Source: Protoeuglena noctilucae (lineage: Eukaryota). From it: a stretch of DNA of 64,000 nt. The translations under genes were made by a program, and so were the position numbers. Positions within the stretch are counted from its first letter, which is position 1. Each line of letters begins with the position of its first letter. The DNA is taken from assembly GCA_958009085.1 (NCBI GenBank), contig OY253670.1, forward strand, positions 124,001 through 188,000, written 5' to 3'. This document shows, in pieces, positions 11,308 through 23,993 of this stretch. The notes beneath the pieces are model-generated. The model was not told the DNA's origin and did not search any database. It saw only the letters and a program-made list of their open reading frames with translations.

Positions 11308-13467
11308 ATGGAATCTGGATCCTCGGAGGACCCCAGGCTGGCCGCCTTCATCGCGCGCCTCGACCCGAACACGCCGGAAGAGATTCAGGAGCCCATCGTC
11401 GCTGGCCTCAAGCGGCGCTTCGTCTCCGACAAGACGGAAGACTTTGAGTTTGTGCTGCGGCGTGCGATCCCTCCGGACCGCCTCCGCGACCTCCTGGTGC
11501 GGCCATCCAAATTTTGCCTGCGACAGCTGCGACCAAGCTGCGACAGGAGGTCTTGAAGAAGCTGCGACAGGCTGTCTTCCTTTCGCAGCGTCTTGAAGCT
11601 CAAGAGGCTGCGACAGGCTGTTTGCCTGCGACAGCCTCTAGTAGACCATTTCCTGTCGTCTGTCTCCTCCCCCGCAGTTCGCCCCATCCAACGATGACAT
11701 GGCGCTGTACCCGAGCCTCCTGGCGGCTTCGCCCGAGGAGCTGGCGACGGACGCGCCCGCCAAGCGCGTGCAGACGAGCGCCTCTATCGTGCTATACCTG
11801 GTGCACTCGCGGGATTGGGACCGCATGCGCCCCTTCATCGAGGCCGGGGGCCTGCGTGCCTGCGCCGACATGCTGCGGCACCCCAGCGCCCAGTTGCAGG
11901 GCCAGGCGTTGGAAATCCTGCTCAACGCCACCGCCAGCGAACGCTACGATTGGTTCGCGGACCCACCGGGGCTCGAGCGAGGGAGCCCCTTGAAGGGACC
12001 CGACGGGTGAGGCGCAGTCCAGCACCCTCGTGTGGGAGAGTGGACGGGGGGAACGACCCGGACTGCCTCACCCCCTGGGTGCAGCCGGGCCGCGCTGTGC
12101 CGCGCGGGCCTCGACGCCGCCGACGTGCATGCGGCCTTCTGCCACTGGGCGCGTCATAAAGCGAGCCAGCCCCGTGCATGCGCTCGCAGGGACCTGTGGG
12201 GCCGGATGCTGGAGCTGTCTCGCACGTCATTCGTGGGCACGCTCCTCTCCTTCCGCTCCCGGCCCTTCCCCGGTGCTGGCCTGTCGGCGCTGCGCCTGTT
12301 CGCCTTTTATGCCAGCTGGGTGCGGCGGTGGTTCTGCCCCGGGGGCGTGTTGCGCATGAGTCCCGAGATCCTCGAGCGCCTGCGACTCTGGGCCACGGAC
12401 GAGGAGGCGGAAGAGGCGGAACGGGTGCTGGCCAAGCAGGTGAGAGGGCAAGCAGAGGGAAGCTGGTTGTGGCTTGGTGACACGCGACACTGTGCCGACT
12501 CCCACCAAGGCGCCCCATGGTGCCAGCGAGTGACGGGCTGTGTCTTTCAACTCTTCACCTCCCTTGTCGCTTCCGCAGTTGCACGAGGACTTCAGCCGGT
12601 TCCCGCTCACCGACCCCGGGGGTCCCAACGCCGTGTCGGGCGACGGCACGATCGCCACGGAGGAGGGGGAGGCGCTGGAGGGGCTGCGCGTGGTGCTCGA
12701 TCGCACGAGCATTAACGGGGGCCCGGGGGAGGGCGCGTTGGGGTTCAAGGAGAGGGGTAACGCGTGTTTCCGCGAGGGGCGATGGACGGAGGCCATTGAG
12801 TGGTACTCCAAGGCCATTGACTGCCCTGTGCCCGTCGAGGAGATTGTGCGGGGTGAGGGGCGAGGGGTGGTGACGGGTGCATGCATGAGCGCTGGGGGGA
12901 GAGTCAGCTGCAGCCGTGGCCTTGCGGATGATCGGAGGACCGTGCGTTCCTGTCACCGACGCAGAGGGCCCTCGCCGTGCGGGCTACCATGCCAACCGCG
13001 CGGCGGCGTACCTGCAGCGCGCGGCTGCCTACGCGGAGGGGCGGCTGGCGCCAGCCGTGGACGCCTTGGGGCATTTGGAGGGCCGGGAGGTGTCGGGCTC
13101 TGCGGAGAGCCTAGCCTTGCAGCACCAGGCAGCGGTGCTCGACTGCGACTCCACGCTGGAGCTGGAGCCGAGGCACTGCAAGGCGTGGCATCGCAAGGCG
13201 ACGGCACTGGTGCGGCTGGGGCGGACGGCGGAGGCGCGGGCGGCGGCGGAGGAGGCGGAGAGGGCGGCGGGGGGCGACGCGGGGCTGCGGAGGGAGGCTG
13301 CGCGACTGCTGGCGAAGATTGCGAGAGCGGAGACGGGCTCGCGGAAGGAAACGAACGATGACGGCTGTAGCAATGGGAAGGGTGACGAAGTGGTGATAGC
13401 TTCCGACTGCAAGCACGGCGGCGAGTGGCTGCTGCGGGAGGTGCGCACCAAGCGGTATGCGTCGTGA
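11308..13467 (+). CDS. ARM-like + C-terminal TPR-repeat protein
   Basis: TPR motifs ALGFKERGNACFREGRWTEAIEWYSKAI, YHANRAAAYL and AVLDCDSTLELEPRHCKAWHRKATALVRLGR. Helical N-terminal region; GT-AG introns. Confidence 0.8.
11518..11639 (+). repeat. Intronic cluster of six CTGCGAC units ending in an imperfect hairpin
   Basis: CTGCGAC at 11518, 11527, 11538, 11562, 11608 and 11626 inside intron 11497-11677. Inverted arms AGAGGCTG...CAGCCTCT. Confidence 0.8.
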
Positions 13468-13600
13468 GTGGCTGCCCGGCACACGTGCTCTTGTCAGGCT
13501 CGTTCAACTTCTGTTGGCCGACTACCCGGGTGCTCGCTTCCTACGTCGCACCCTTGACGAGTCTCGTGCGCCCGTGGGTTAGGCTGCCAGCACCGCCCGC

Positions 13601-15817
13601 TCAGGCATAGGCCTTGCGTCCGACCGAGCGCCGCGCGACGGCCACGATGTCGTCGACTTGCGGGAAGGCGTTGGCCTCCATGTCCGCGGCGTAGGGCGTG
13701 GGGACGTCGGCGCCCGTCACGCGCTCGACAGGGGCGTCGAGGTCGTCAAAGAACCGCTCCATGGCCATGGCGGCCAGCTCCGCCCCGACGCCGCACTGGG
13801 GCCACCCCTCCTCGACGGACACCAGGCGGTGCGTCTTCCGCACCGACCGCGTGATGGTCTCGGTGTCGAGCGGGCGCAGCGACCGCAGGTTGATCACCTC
13901 GGCGCTGATGCCGTCCTTGGCAAGGATGTCGGCCGCCGCCAGGCAGTTGCCGACCTGCAGCCGCGAGTCGGCGCGAGAGCGGTCACGTCGCGTCGACACG
14001 ATGCACTCCGAGGAAGCGAGCACAGGGGACCCGCGCGGCATGCAACGAGCGTAGTATGTAAAGGGCACACGCGCGTTCTTCTGCGAGTGCACATGATCCG
14101 ACTCTCCGCTCCCCACTCGCCTGGCGGGAGAAGGACACGAGGGTGACGTCGGTGCCCTCGCGCATAACCTTGGCCTTGCCCAGGGGCAGCGTGAAGTCCT
14201 TGTCCAGCACCTCAGGCTTCACGGGGAAGGACTGCCCGTACATGATCTCGTTCTCCAGGAACACGACGGGGTCGGGGTCGCGGATGGCCGCCTGGAGGAG
14301 CGGGGGCAAGGGAGGTATTAGGAAACCGACCTCGCGCTTGCTGCCCACACTCGCCGCCGTTGCCACCCGCCAGGACACGACCGCACGTGGTGCCAAGTCG
14401 CCGCTTGGCCTTCTCTGTGAACTGTGTCACCTTCAGCAGCCCCCTGGCGTCCTCCGAGTCGTACGGGGCCAGGACCTTGAGGCCCGGGACGGAGGAGTAC
14501 CACGCGGCGAAACACTGGGAGTGCTGGGCAGCCACGCCAGCCGCAGCGCCTGGGAGGAGAGGGGGCGGGGGAGTCGAATGACGGGACTCACATCCCATTC
14601 CATGAGGTGTGCGTGACATGCGACCATGCACCATCTGTGCACATAGCTGGGTGACGGCGAGGGCGGCACGCACCGTTGGGCCCGCGGAAGACCATGGGGC
14701 AGGGGATCTTGCCGGCAGACATGTAGTAGGTCTTGGCAGCCGAGTTGACCACCTGGGAAGAGGGATGGGGTTGGAAGGGTTGCACCTGAGATGGCAGTGA
14801 GACGAGGCGTTGGACCTCGCCAAGCGCGGCTGGATCCCTTCCCACTCGCCTGGTCCATGGCCTGCATGGAGAAGTTGAAGGTCATGAACTCGCAGACGGG
14901 GCGCAGGCCCGCCCAGGCCGCCCCGACGGCGAGCCCCGCGAACCCGGCCTCCGTGATGGGCGTGTCCCGGACACGCTTGCCGCCGTACTTCTGGAAGAGC
15001 CCGCGCGTAATCTTGTACGCCCCCTGGTACTCGGCGACCTCCTCGCCCAGAATGAACTGCGCGGGTGGACGGGCGGGCGGGCGTGGGGTCGCACGCCGAC
15101 GCGGTGCAGGTCCAGGAACAGCGATCCCGGTGCCGTTGACGGGCGACACTGCTTCTGCGGTCTAGCGACGGCTGCGAGGCGCGCGCCGAGGGTCGGAGCG
15201 GCCACCCGGGGGGCGCGGATGGGGCGGCACGCACCACCCCCTCGTCACGCTCCATCTCCTCATCCAGCGCCGAGTTCAGGGCGTCGCGGACCGTCATCTC
15301 CGAAGTGCCGCTGCTGAAACCCCGCGCACCCGCCGCCAGGCCCTGGTTGCGCGCCTGCGGGGGGCGGGAGGGGCTGGGACATGCACGGACGAGGTCGCGG
15401 GGAGCGCCCGGCGGGGCCGACGCGACGAGACGGATCGCGGCCCGGACGCAACCGCGAAGTCAATTTCATCGAGCGATGGCTCTCGACGGCCGTGCGCCCC
15501 GCGCTCCGGGCAGGCGCCGGATTCACGTGGGCCGTCGCGCGTGTGAGCGCCCGCAGCGCGCTAGGGGCAGATTCCGCGCGGACGCAGGACTCGAGCACAT
15601 GCCTAGGCCACTGAGCCCCCCGTCTAGCCTAGAGATCGTTAGAGCAGCCCGAGGGGCCCCGCCGTGCCCACGTACAGTTATGCAGCCCCATCCCGCAGCC
15701 CTGGACCGCGGTCCAGCGACGAGCGCGACGCCGGTGAAATCCATGAGGCGTGAACAAGACATCCCGAACCTTCACATGGCGCAAGAGGTCGGATCCGATG
15801 CGGGCGAGGAGACTCAT
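13601..15817 (-). CDS. PDHB: Mitochondrial pyruvate dehydrogenase E1 beta subunit
   Basis: [114 protein letters not shown]. Probable targeting exon [16 protein letters not shown]. Confidence 0.97.
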
Positions 15818-16146
15818 GACCCCCTCTGCAGAAAGCACCACGCCTGGCCCAGGCGAGCAGTGGAGACACTCTCGTGAGGCTTCAATAGGACGTGGCAGGG
15901 AGGCGCGGGGAAATCGGGCTCGAACTCGCGAAGATCCAGCAGCGGAAGCCTCTCTTTAGCTGCGAGCTCCGATTGTCCAGCCAAGACCCAGCTCTGCGCT
16001 ATTTCAGGAGGCTGGCCCACAGTTTGCGCAGCCTTGTCGTATTGGGCCTCAGAAACCATTTTTCTGGCAAGAAATTTTCCTCCATTTGCAACCAGGGCCA
16101 GCCAATACGTGATGATGCTTCATGATAGAGAGCGGCAGGGTCCCTG

Positions 16147-18543
16147 ATGACCACTAGGGGCGCGAGCGCGGCGCTCTCCGCCCCTGAGCCCCTGCACCGG
16201 CACGTGTGTCCGGTCGCGAGGCGATGGGGCTTGGCGGGGCCTGGCAGGCGACGAGTTCATCAATGGCGCAGCGGGGGGTCAAAGGGCGAGGTCGTTCGGC
16301 CGACGCGATGCGCGGCCATGCCGGATATATCGGCCAATGCGGGTCCCGACGAGCTCCCGACGGGCTACGTGATCTCTAGCCCAACCAGTCAGGTGCCCCT
16401 CTTTCCAGGCGCTTCCACGGTAACGCATATGCTTCTGCGTGTGCGCCAATCCTCAAGCGCACGACGCACGGCTGCCCGCAGTACGAGGTCCTGGGCAAGG
16501 TCGGGCAAGGCAGCTTCGGGACGACCTACCGGTGCGCCCGCCCCGACGGGACGCGCGTGGCCGTCAAGGTCGTGGCGGTGCGCGCGCAGGGCGGGTGGAA
16601 GGCCTTCGACCTCTTCGAGCGCGAAGTGCGCGCGTTGCGGAGCATCCCTGCGTGCCTGGGCGTCCCAAAATTCCTAGACGCCTTCGAGCTGGCCCTCGAT
16701 GGAGGCGGCCTGGCGTGCGTCCTCGTGCAGGAGCTCGTCGAGGGCGAGAGCCTTGGCGCGATGAGTTGCGTGCGCGCGCCTGCACTGCTCTCGGCACTCA
16801 GGGGCCAGCCCTGCCCGGCACCGCCTAGCCAGCGACCCCTCACGCGGCCCCTTGATCTCCCGCCCAGTGCGCCGCGGCTGGCGACCGACGGAGGCCGAGG
16901 TGCGCCGCATCACAGACTGCCTCCTCGAGACCACGGAGGTGCTGGCCTCGCAGCGGCCGCCCGTGGTGCACCGGGACATCAAGCCCGAGAACGTCATGGT
17001 GGAGGGGGGCAAAGAGGTGAGAGGGAGCCTGCCTCTCAGGCCTGCGAGTGCTACCTGTGCTCCGCCACCTCATTTCAACTCACCCCTCGGGGTCCCTTGC
17101 TTCCCCAGGGAGGCCGCGTGGTTCTGGTCGACTTCGGCGCCGTGCAGGATGCCGTGAAGGTCGGCTCCCTGGGCACGACTGTCGTGGGCACGTACGGATT
17201 CATGGCCCCAGAGCAATTCCAGGGTGCCGCCGTCCCTGCCTCGGACGTGTATGCCGTCGGGGGCGTCTGCCTGTACCTTCTGTCCGGCAAGAGCCCTGAC
17301 CAATTCCCCCAGAGGCGCCTCGCGGTGGCCTTTGAGGGTCTGGTGGAAGTGTCCACGCTGCTGGGGCAGGTGCTGCGGGGGCTGCTCGAGCCGCTCCCGG
17401 AGGACCGACTGACGGCCCGCGAGGCGCGGGACATGCTGGCGGGGAGGCAGAGGGCAGCTGGGGCGACGGGGCTGGCGGCGGCAGGGAATGCATCTCTGGA
17501 GTTGGGCCGCGCTCAGGGTCGGACGCGGAAGCCCAAGGGCTCGCGCGTCGTGTTGGACCGGTCTCCGGGTGAGAGGAGCGACGCGATGTGCGATGTGCAG
17601 GGAAGCAGGCCCCGCGCGTTGCGGTGCATGTCAACACGCACATCGCTCGCACCCGTTTGTCCTGCCCAGGGCGGTTGACCGTGCTGCTGCCGTCGCGCGG
17701 CATGACGTGGGACGCGGCGGGCCTGTCTCTCTTCACGGCCACCTGGGTGGGGTTCGTGGGGCTGTGGACGGCCGGGGCGCTCTTGTCGGGCGGCGGCCTC
17801 ATGGCGCTTTTCAGCGCCCCCTTCTGGGCCGCGGGCGCCCAGTTGGGCCGGCAGACGGCGGACACGTGTTTCTTGACCGAGACGCTCGACGTGCACCGGG
17901 ATCAGTGGACGCTGCGGCAGGTGAGGTCGGCGGAGTGCGGCTGGGTGCAAGGCACCGGGACAGGGGCGGCGGGCGTGTCGTCGCATTGCTGTGCGAGACA
18001 GTGCCCCGGCTCTCGCGCACTCGCAGAAGTGGGTGCTGAGGAGGCGGCAGGCGGCAGACGCGGAGGACTCTGACAGCGATGGCAGGGTCGTGGCATCGGG
18101 GGCCACGGCGGACCTTCAGGTGTGGTGTGGCTGGGGCTGGAGCGGCCTGGCTGCCTCCTGCACCGTCACGCGTGGCCCGCTCGCTCTCTCGCACCCGTCC
18201 GCGTTCCCTGGCATGCACTGGCACCTGCGTGGCGTGTGCAGGTGGCCTTGAAGCGCGTCCCCGTTGCTGGGGAAGCTGGGGAAGGCGCGGAGCCAATCCA
18301 AGTCCTGGTCCTGCGGGAGGGCGTCGAGGAGCGGCCGTTCGGGGTGGGATACCTGACTCAGGTGGAGAACGACTGGATCCGCAGGTGGGCTGACTGCTGT
18401 GGCAGGGACAAAGGGCACTATGCGCTGTGTGTGCGGGGCGGGCATGTGCGGGCAACTGCGACTGCCGCTCCCTCGCTCTCAGTGAGTTGGATGGCTTTCT
18501 TGCTTCGACGCGGGCGCGCCTGCGCGAGCCTGGGGATCCCTGA
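16147..18543 (+). CDS. Ser/Thr protein kinase of cyanobacterial (Pkn/Spk)-like type with C-terminal TM hairpin, probably plastid-targeted
   Basis: GKVGQGSFGTTY, VAVK, WKAFDLFEREVRAL, PPVVHRDIKPENV, LVDFGAVQD, TVVGTYGFMAPEQFQG, SDVY. Hydrophobic LSLFTATWVGFVGLWT..LFSAPFW; N-terminus resembles a transit peptide. Confidence 0.88.
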
Positions 18544-18758
18544 GACACAACCCATGATGACCCTGGCTAAAGACAGGGCCGGGAGAGGGTCTGCGCGATT
18601 TCATGGCAGGGTTTGAATGTTCAAACCGCCGTCAAGCAGTCATGCGGGCGCGCAGGGCACGTTCTGGCCCTCGCTGCCACGTCATGGACGCCCAAACCAG
18701 CCACCCAGAGCCGTCAAGGATTGCGGCCTGCTTCGCCCTACCCTTCCCGGAGCTCGTC

Positions 18759-20572
18759 TCACAGTCCCACGCGCTCCGGGCAGTACTGTCCGCGGAGGGC
18801 GGTGAGGACCTTGTTGGCGAGGCACTCGCTGTGCTTGTTGTTCGAGAAGCGCAGGCGGTTGGTGGCTTCCTGGAGGAACGCCACCCAGCCGCCCTCCTCC
18901 GCCTTGATGCCCTGCGGGGACTGGAGTTCCCGAAGTTTCCATAATGAAAGCCGACCGCCGGCAAAGAGCAGGCACGTCACACCCCTCGCGTCAACGCAGC
19001 GGAAAGGCTCGCCTGGGCCCCGCCCGTCCCCGCCACCGCCACCTCCGCCCTCGTGCACAGCAGCACGCACTCTGCGAGCTGCAGCGCTGCGGCCAAGCGC
19101 CAGTAGTCCAGCTCTCCCTCCGCCAGTCGCCTCTGCACCTCCTGTGGACTCCCCAGGGCCTCCACAGCGCGCGCGATTGACCGGGGGGCGTGGACCGCGT
19201 CACTCCTGTCGTCTCCACCGCCCCCCTTCTCGCTCCCGCTCTGCATCGCCTTCTCCAGAGCCCTGCGTCGCGGGTGGCTAACGGGATCTAGAGCTGCGAG
19301 GCACGTCACGTGTGGATGCGCACAGGTGGTAGCGGAGTGGCCGTCACCTGAGGGCCGCCGTGCGCACCATGCACAGCGTGTTGGGGTGGCTCTTGCCGGT
19401 CGCCATCCACGTCCGCAGCACGTAAGCAGCGCCCAGGGGATGCAGGTCGCCTGCGTAGGGGGTTTGAAGGAAGGCCTGGCATCGGAGCACGCAAGCCCGC
19501 GCGTGACGACAGCCTCCCGCTTTCATCTCACCGTCGATCCACGAGGACACCTGCGCCGCCACGTCGCGACCCGCGGGTCCCGGCAGCGCCTCGAGCAGGG
19601 CGCGGGCCGCCTCCCTTGAAGCCAGCGACAAGGGTCCCAGCGCGGGCGCGTCCGGAGGGTGCGAGGCGTCGTGGACGGCCCCGAGGGTCAGCAGCGCGCG
19701 GAGCAGGTCCCCGCACGCGGCCGAGTCCGCGAGGAAGGACGCCGCGGCCGGGGATCGGGCCGCAGCGGCAACGTAGGCGCACGCCCGGCAGACACCCCGT
19801 GTCTGGGGGGCGGTGGGTACGGGCGACGACGTGCCCGCCTCCCCGCCCGAAGACCGTCCCCGATCCGGTGACGCTAGCACGCCCAGCGCCGCCAGCTCGG
19901 CCAGCACCGCCCGGGGCCCCGGCAGGGCAGCGCCAGGGTCCGCCAGGGCCCCCAGCAGCAACGCGCATGCGCGGCCTCCTGCAGCCACGGGGGGGCTCGC
20001 CCTTACGCGCGGAGCGCAGCTGATGGTCGACTGTCATCATGACGTGACTTCACGTCCCCTATACCGCGGCGGTCGGCGCTGCAGCCCACCTGCACCCTCG
20101 TCCTCCTGTCGTATCGCTGCCGCGAGCAGAGTATCCGGTTGGACTGGCCCGTCCGCGCCGCCCCTGGCCAGCACCGTCCGCGCCAGCCGCGCGTCCGCCA
20201 CCAGCGACGCGGCATCCGACGCCCCCTTCGCCGCAAGCGGCACGGCCTTCCCGAAGTGCCACGTCGCCAGGAGTGCCGGTCGAACCTCCGTTCGCTCCCG
20301 CAGGTAGTTTGCTTGCTCCTCCGCTCTGCTCACGAGGTTGTCCATCTGCGGCGGCAGGTCGCAGGGTGCGGGAGACCGGCATGGTGCACGCTGGGGGCCA
20401 TGCTGCGCCCTGGGCTCCGCACCTGCGCCTTGTGGCGCAGGCTCTCCACGGCCGGGGGATCCGCCGGGGCGCATACATCTCCCTGCTCCCGGTCCTGGGC
20501 CTCGAAAGCCGCCTGGAGCTGCAGGAGTTTTCTGCGCTTTGCGCGGGCCTCCTCGACGCTCAGCGTGACCAT
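18759..20572 (-). CDS. Hypothetical protein (helical, Ala/Leu-rich), multi-exon
   Basis: Exons splice in frame at GT/GC-AG sites from MVTLSVEEARAKRRKLLQLQ to ..NKVLTALRGQYCPERVGL-TGA. No family recognised. Confidence 0.6.
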
Positions 20573-21137
20573 CCGACCCGTGTGACTCGCCAGCCTGCGC
20601 TCCTCCGACCCCGCTGCTGCAGACGCACCGTCTGCCTGCGCAGGCGTCCCGGCCGTGCCCGTGAAACACTCGGTCAAACCAGCAGGGTATGGTACCTATC
20701 CCGTGTGCTCAAACTTTGCGAGCACCACACGCGAATTCACGAACACCCCCACACAACCTTTTGTTCCGAGTCAAGTACCACTGCTTTTTCCTGATGATGC
20801 GTGCTTGGTGACCGTTGCGCCCCCCCGGACGGCTCCACCCGTCTGAAGGCCGAACTGGCCCCACGTCTCAGGCATTTACCACCTTCTGCGCGCACGACGG
20901 GACGCGCGCGAGCTGGGCGAGGGGCGAGGGGCGAGGGGCGTCGCCCCAGGTAACCAGTGAGCACATAGGCCCGGTGGTGCGACGGTCTTATGTTTTCTGT
21001 TGTACCGACACGCTGCAGGGGGTCTGGCTGCCGTTCGCGCCCGAACCATCCCCACGCCTGCTCGGCGGTCTGGCGGCGAGGGCATTTCCTCAGGAGCCTC
21101 CTGCGACCCCCATCCTCCGCGCGCAGGCTGAGTCGTC

Positions 21138-23993
21138 ATGAAGGGTGAGGCGGAGACAAGCGCCGGGGGTCTGGCTAGCACGAGCGGCCAGGCCATGGAG
21201 GAACCGGATCCGTCGCGGCCGAAACAGGTGAGAAGCCGCGATCCCCTTCCAGTAGAGCGATGCAGGGGCTCGCGGGCGCCCTCGCGCGCGCGTGGAACCG
21301 CCTCGCGAGGGCGGGTGGCGCCCCGTGTGCGCTGGGGTGGGTAGCGCCGGCTCTCCGGCCCGCGTTTCACGGATGGCCGCCTCGCCGCGCTGACGCATTG
21401 CTTGGAAGCAGTGGTGACTGCTCGGGTTCCTGGTGTGCCCTAAGATCCCTCCGGATCTCAGGAATGATCCATGCCACCACGTCGCCCCCAGGGCGTCCTG
21501 TGGATGGGCGGCCTCGACGACTGGATGGACGAGGGGTATGTCGCCAACCTCTTCGCACCAGCGTTCCTCGTCCAGTCCGTCAAACTCATGCGGCGCTCCC
21601 GGGGACGGTGGCGATCGTACGCTTTCGTTGACTTTGGGGTGAGGGCCCGGGCCGCGCTGGCCCGACCACGTCGCCCCCTCGACGCGTGCGTGGATGAAAT
21701 GTCGCGATGCCGGCTGGATACGCCGGATGTGCTCCCCTGGCGGCACCTCATCGGGCAGCACGGTGACCTCCCCCTCCGCCGGATCGCGCGTGGCATCGGA
21801 GATCCACGCCCTCCCTTTGCGATACGTCGCAGACCCGTGATGCGGCGGCGGCAGCCCTGCGGGCGTTCGCGGGGCGTGCGATGCCGGGCACCCCACGACG
21901 CATGTTTCGCCTCAACTGGGCCGAGTTCGGCCTCGCCACGGCGCTGGAGAACGAGTACTCGCTCTTCATTGGGGATTTGGACCTTTCCGTAGCGTGAGGG
22001 CGGCGCAGAACGCGCCCGCGGTCGGAATGCTGCCCCAGCATGGTCGCGCTGGCAGGGTGACGTGGCTGTGCCGCCCGCGACGCAGGGACTACCAGCTCTA
22101 GGAGGTCTTTCAGAAAAAGTACACGACCGTTCGGTCAGCCAAGGTCATCGTCGACGGGGCTACCGGCAAGTCGCGGGGCTTTGGCTTCGTGCGTTTCACG
22201 GGCCAAGCAGAGCGCGACGCGGCCGCCCGCGACATGGACGGCGCCGTCATCGGGTCCCGAGCCGTCAGGTGATGCGGACGTCGCGATCCTGCGGTGCGCT
22301 GGCGGGGCTCCCCGCCTGCACCGACCTCCATGCCACGCGCGTCCCTCTCCGCAGGGCCCTCCCGGCCACGTCCGCTCGGGGCCCCAATGCCGGCGCCCCA
22401 GATGTAGAGCCGGAGCCGAGCAATGACATGCGCAACGGTGCGGCCGCGAGTGGCGGGCGCGTGGAGCTAGCCGAGCTCCCTGCGCCACGCCCGCACTTCC
22501 GCCGACCCTTCCCCTCCGCAGTCATTTTCGTGCACAACTTGAACAGCGCCAGGACTACGGACGCCGCCCTCGCGGAGTTCTTCGCCGCCGTGGGCCGAGT
22601 CGAGGCGGCCCGCGTATTCCAGGGACAGGACAGTGGATTTGTGCGCTACACGTCCCAGTACGACGCCGCCCGGGCCATGGAGAGACTCCAGGGCTGTGTG
22701 TTCAACGGAAAGCCCCTGCAGCTCACGAGCGGCCAGCAAGTCCAAGCAGCATACTCTCAGGTGGCGCTGCCAGCAATGCACCGCACTGCATCGCCGGGCC
22801 TCCTCTGCGCCACCTTTGCGGCCGCTCGTGTGCTTGCATGGCGGGGGCGCGACAGCCGGTCACGGAGACCCGAGACACTGCTGCGGGCTGAAGGGCACCT
22901 GTCGCCCCGCGTGCCCCGCAGGCGTTGATGCCGGCAAGCTACCTGCCCCCCGCGGGCCCCTTGCTGGCCGGCATGCGATACGAATCGGAGCAGACCGGCG
23001 GGGGGATGTCGGTCCCCGGGGCCGCGCCAACCAACCCTTCCTCGTGGGACGTGTCTGGCTGGGCTCCCACGACCTACGGTGTGCTGGGGCAGGGGGCACT
23101 GGCGGGGATGACCCTGCCGCAGGTGTTGATTCTCAACCAGGCATACGGCATGACGCCATACCAGCAGCAGATGGTGAGGCGCGCGAGAGGCCTAGGGTCA
23201 GCGTGGGTCGGGGTGGCCGCGTGTGCGGGCGAGAACGTCCTGCGGCTTCCGCGCCCCCGCAGCTCCTGCACGCGGCGGTGATGCCGGACCAGCAGCTCCC
23301 TCTCCTGCCCATGTCGCCCATGTCTCCGGCCATGGCCGCACAGCCCTACGCGCCAGCACAGTACGACGTTGGGGCGTACATGGGGCAGGGTGTGGCGACA
23401 GACCTGTCCGCGGCTGGCCTCGTGCCCCGCCTCGCGCACGGGTACGGCGTCGCAGGTCACGGCACCGTGGCAGCTGCGTCGGTGCCCCGAGGGGCGGGGC
23501 CGCCACGTGTTGTGATGGGGGGCACCTTCGGCGACCTCACCTCAGCGATGCCCGGGTGAGCGATGCAAGCCATGCAGTTGCGCGGCGGTGGACGCGCGCT
23601 TGGTAGACTGCGCTGGCTGCTGTGCCGCGCACGCTCGGCAGCCCGCACCGCCCATCCCGCCCCGCCCTTGCTGCCTACAGCATGATGGCCATGCAGGACC
23701 AGCACCGGCACACCTCCAGCCAGCCCTCGGGGCGAGGTGAGACCGCTCGCCTGCTATTGCACCGGTGGAAGCCCCCGTGACCCCGTGCATGCGACACCCA
23801 TGCGAGACCCTTGCCCCGCCACGCACCCACAGGCGACGCGGCTGTCGCGGAGTTCCTCTCCGGCACCTCCCAGCACAGCCTGGTGCTATCCGGGACTATG
23901 TCGCTCCCCGGGGACCCCCCACCGGACGTCGAGGAGTTGCAGAGGCAGCTCCGAACGCTCTCTATGGACGGGACAGGCGCCTCCCGGCAGTAG
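21138..23993 (+). CDS. Three-RRM RNA-binding protein of RBP45/RBP47 (Nam8-like) type, with an in-frame TAG at 22099-22101
   Basis: RRM1 LWMGGLDDWMDEGYV..YAFVDF..FRLNWA; RRM2 SLFIGDLDLSVADYQL*EVFQKKYTTVRSAKVIVDGATGKSRGFGFVRF; RRM3 IFVHNL..GFVRY..AMERLQG. Low-complexity Q/M/P tail. Confidence 0.8.

Noticed and set aside
20789..20848. C/D-box snoRNA-like segment (TGATGA...CTGA)
   Set aside because: Short, weak terminal stem, and only about 8 nt of possible rRNA complementarity; not supportable.
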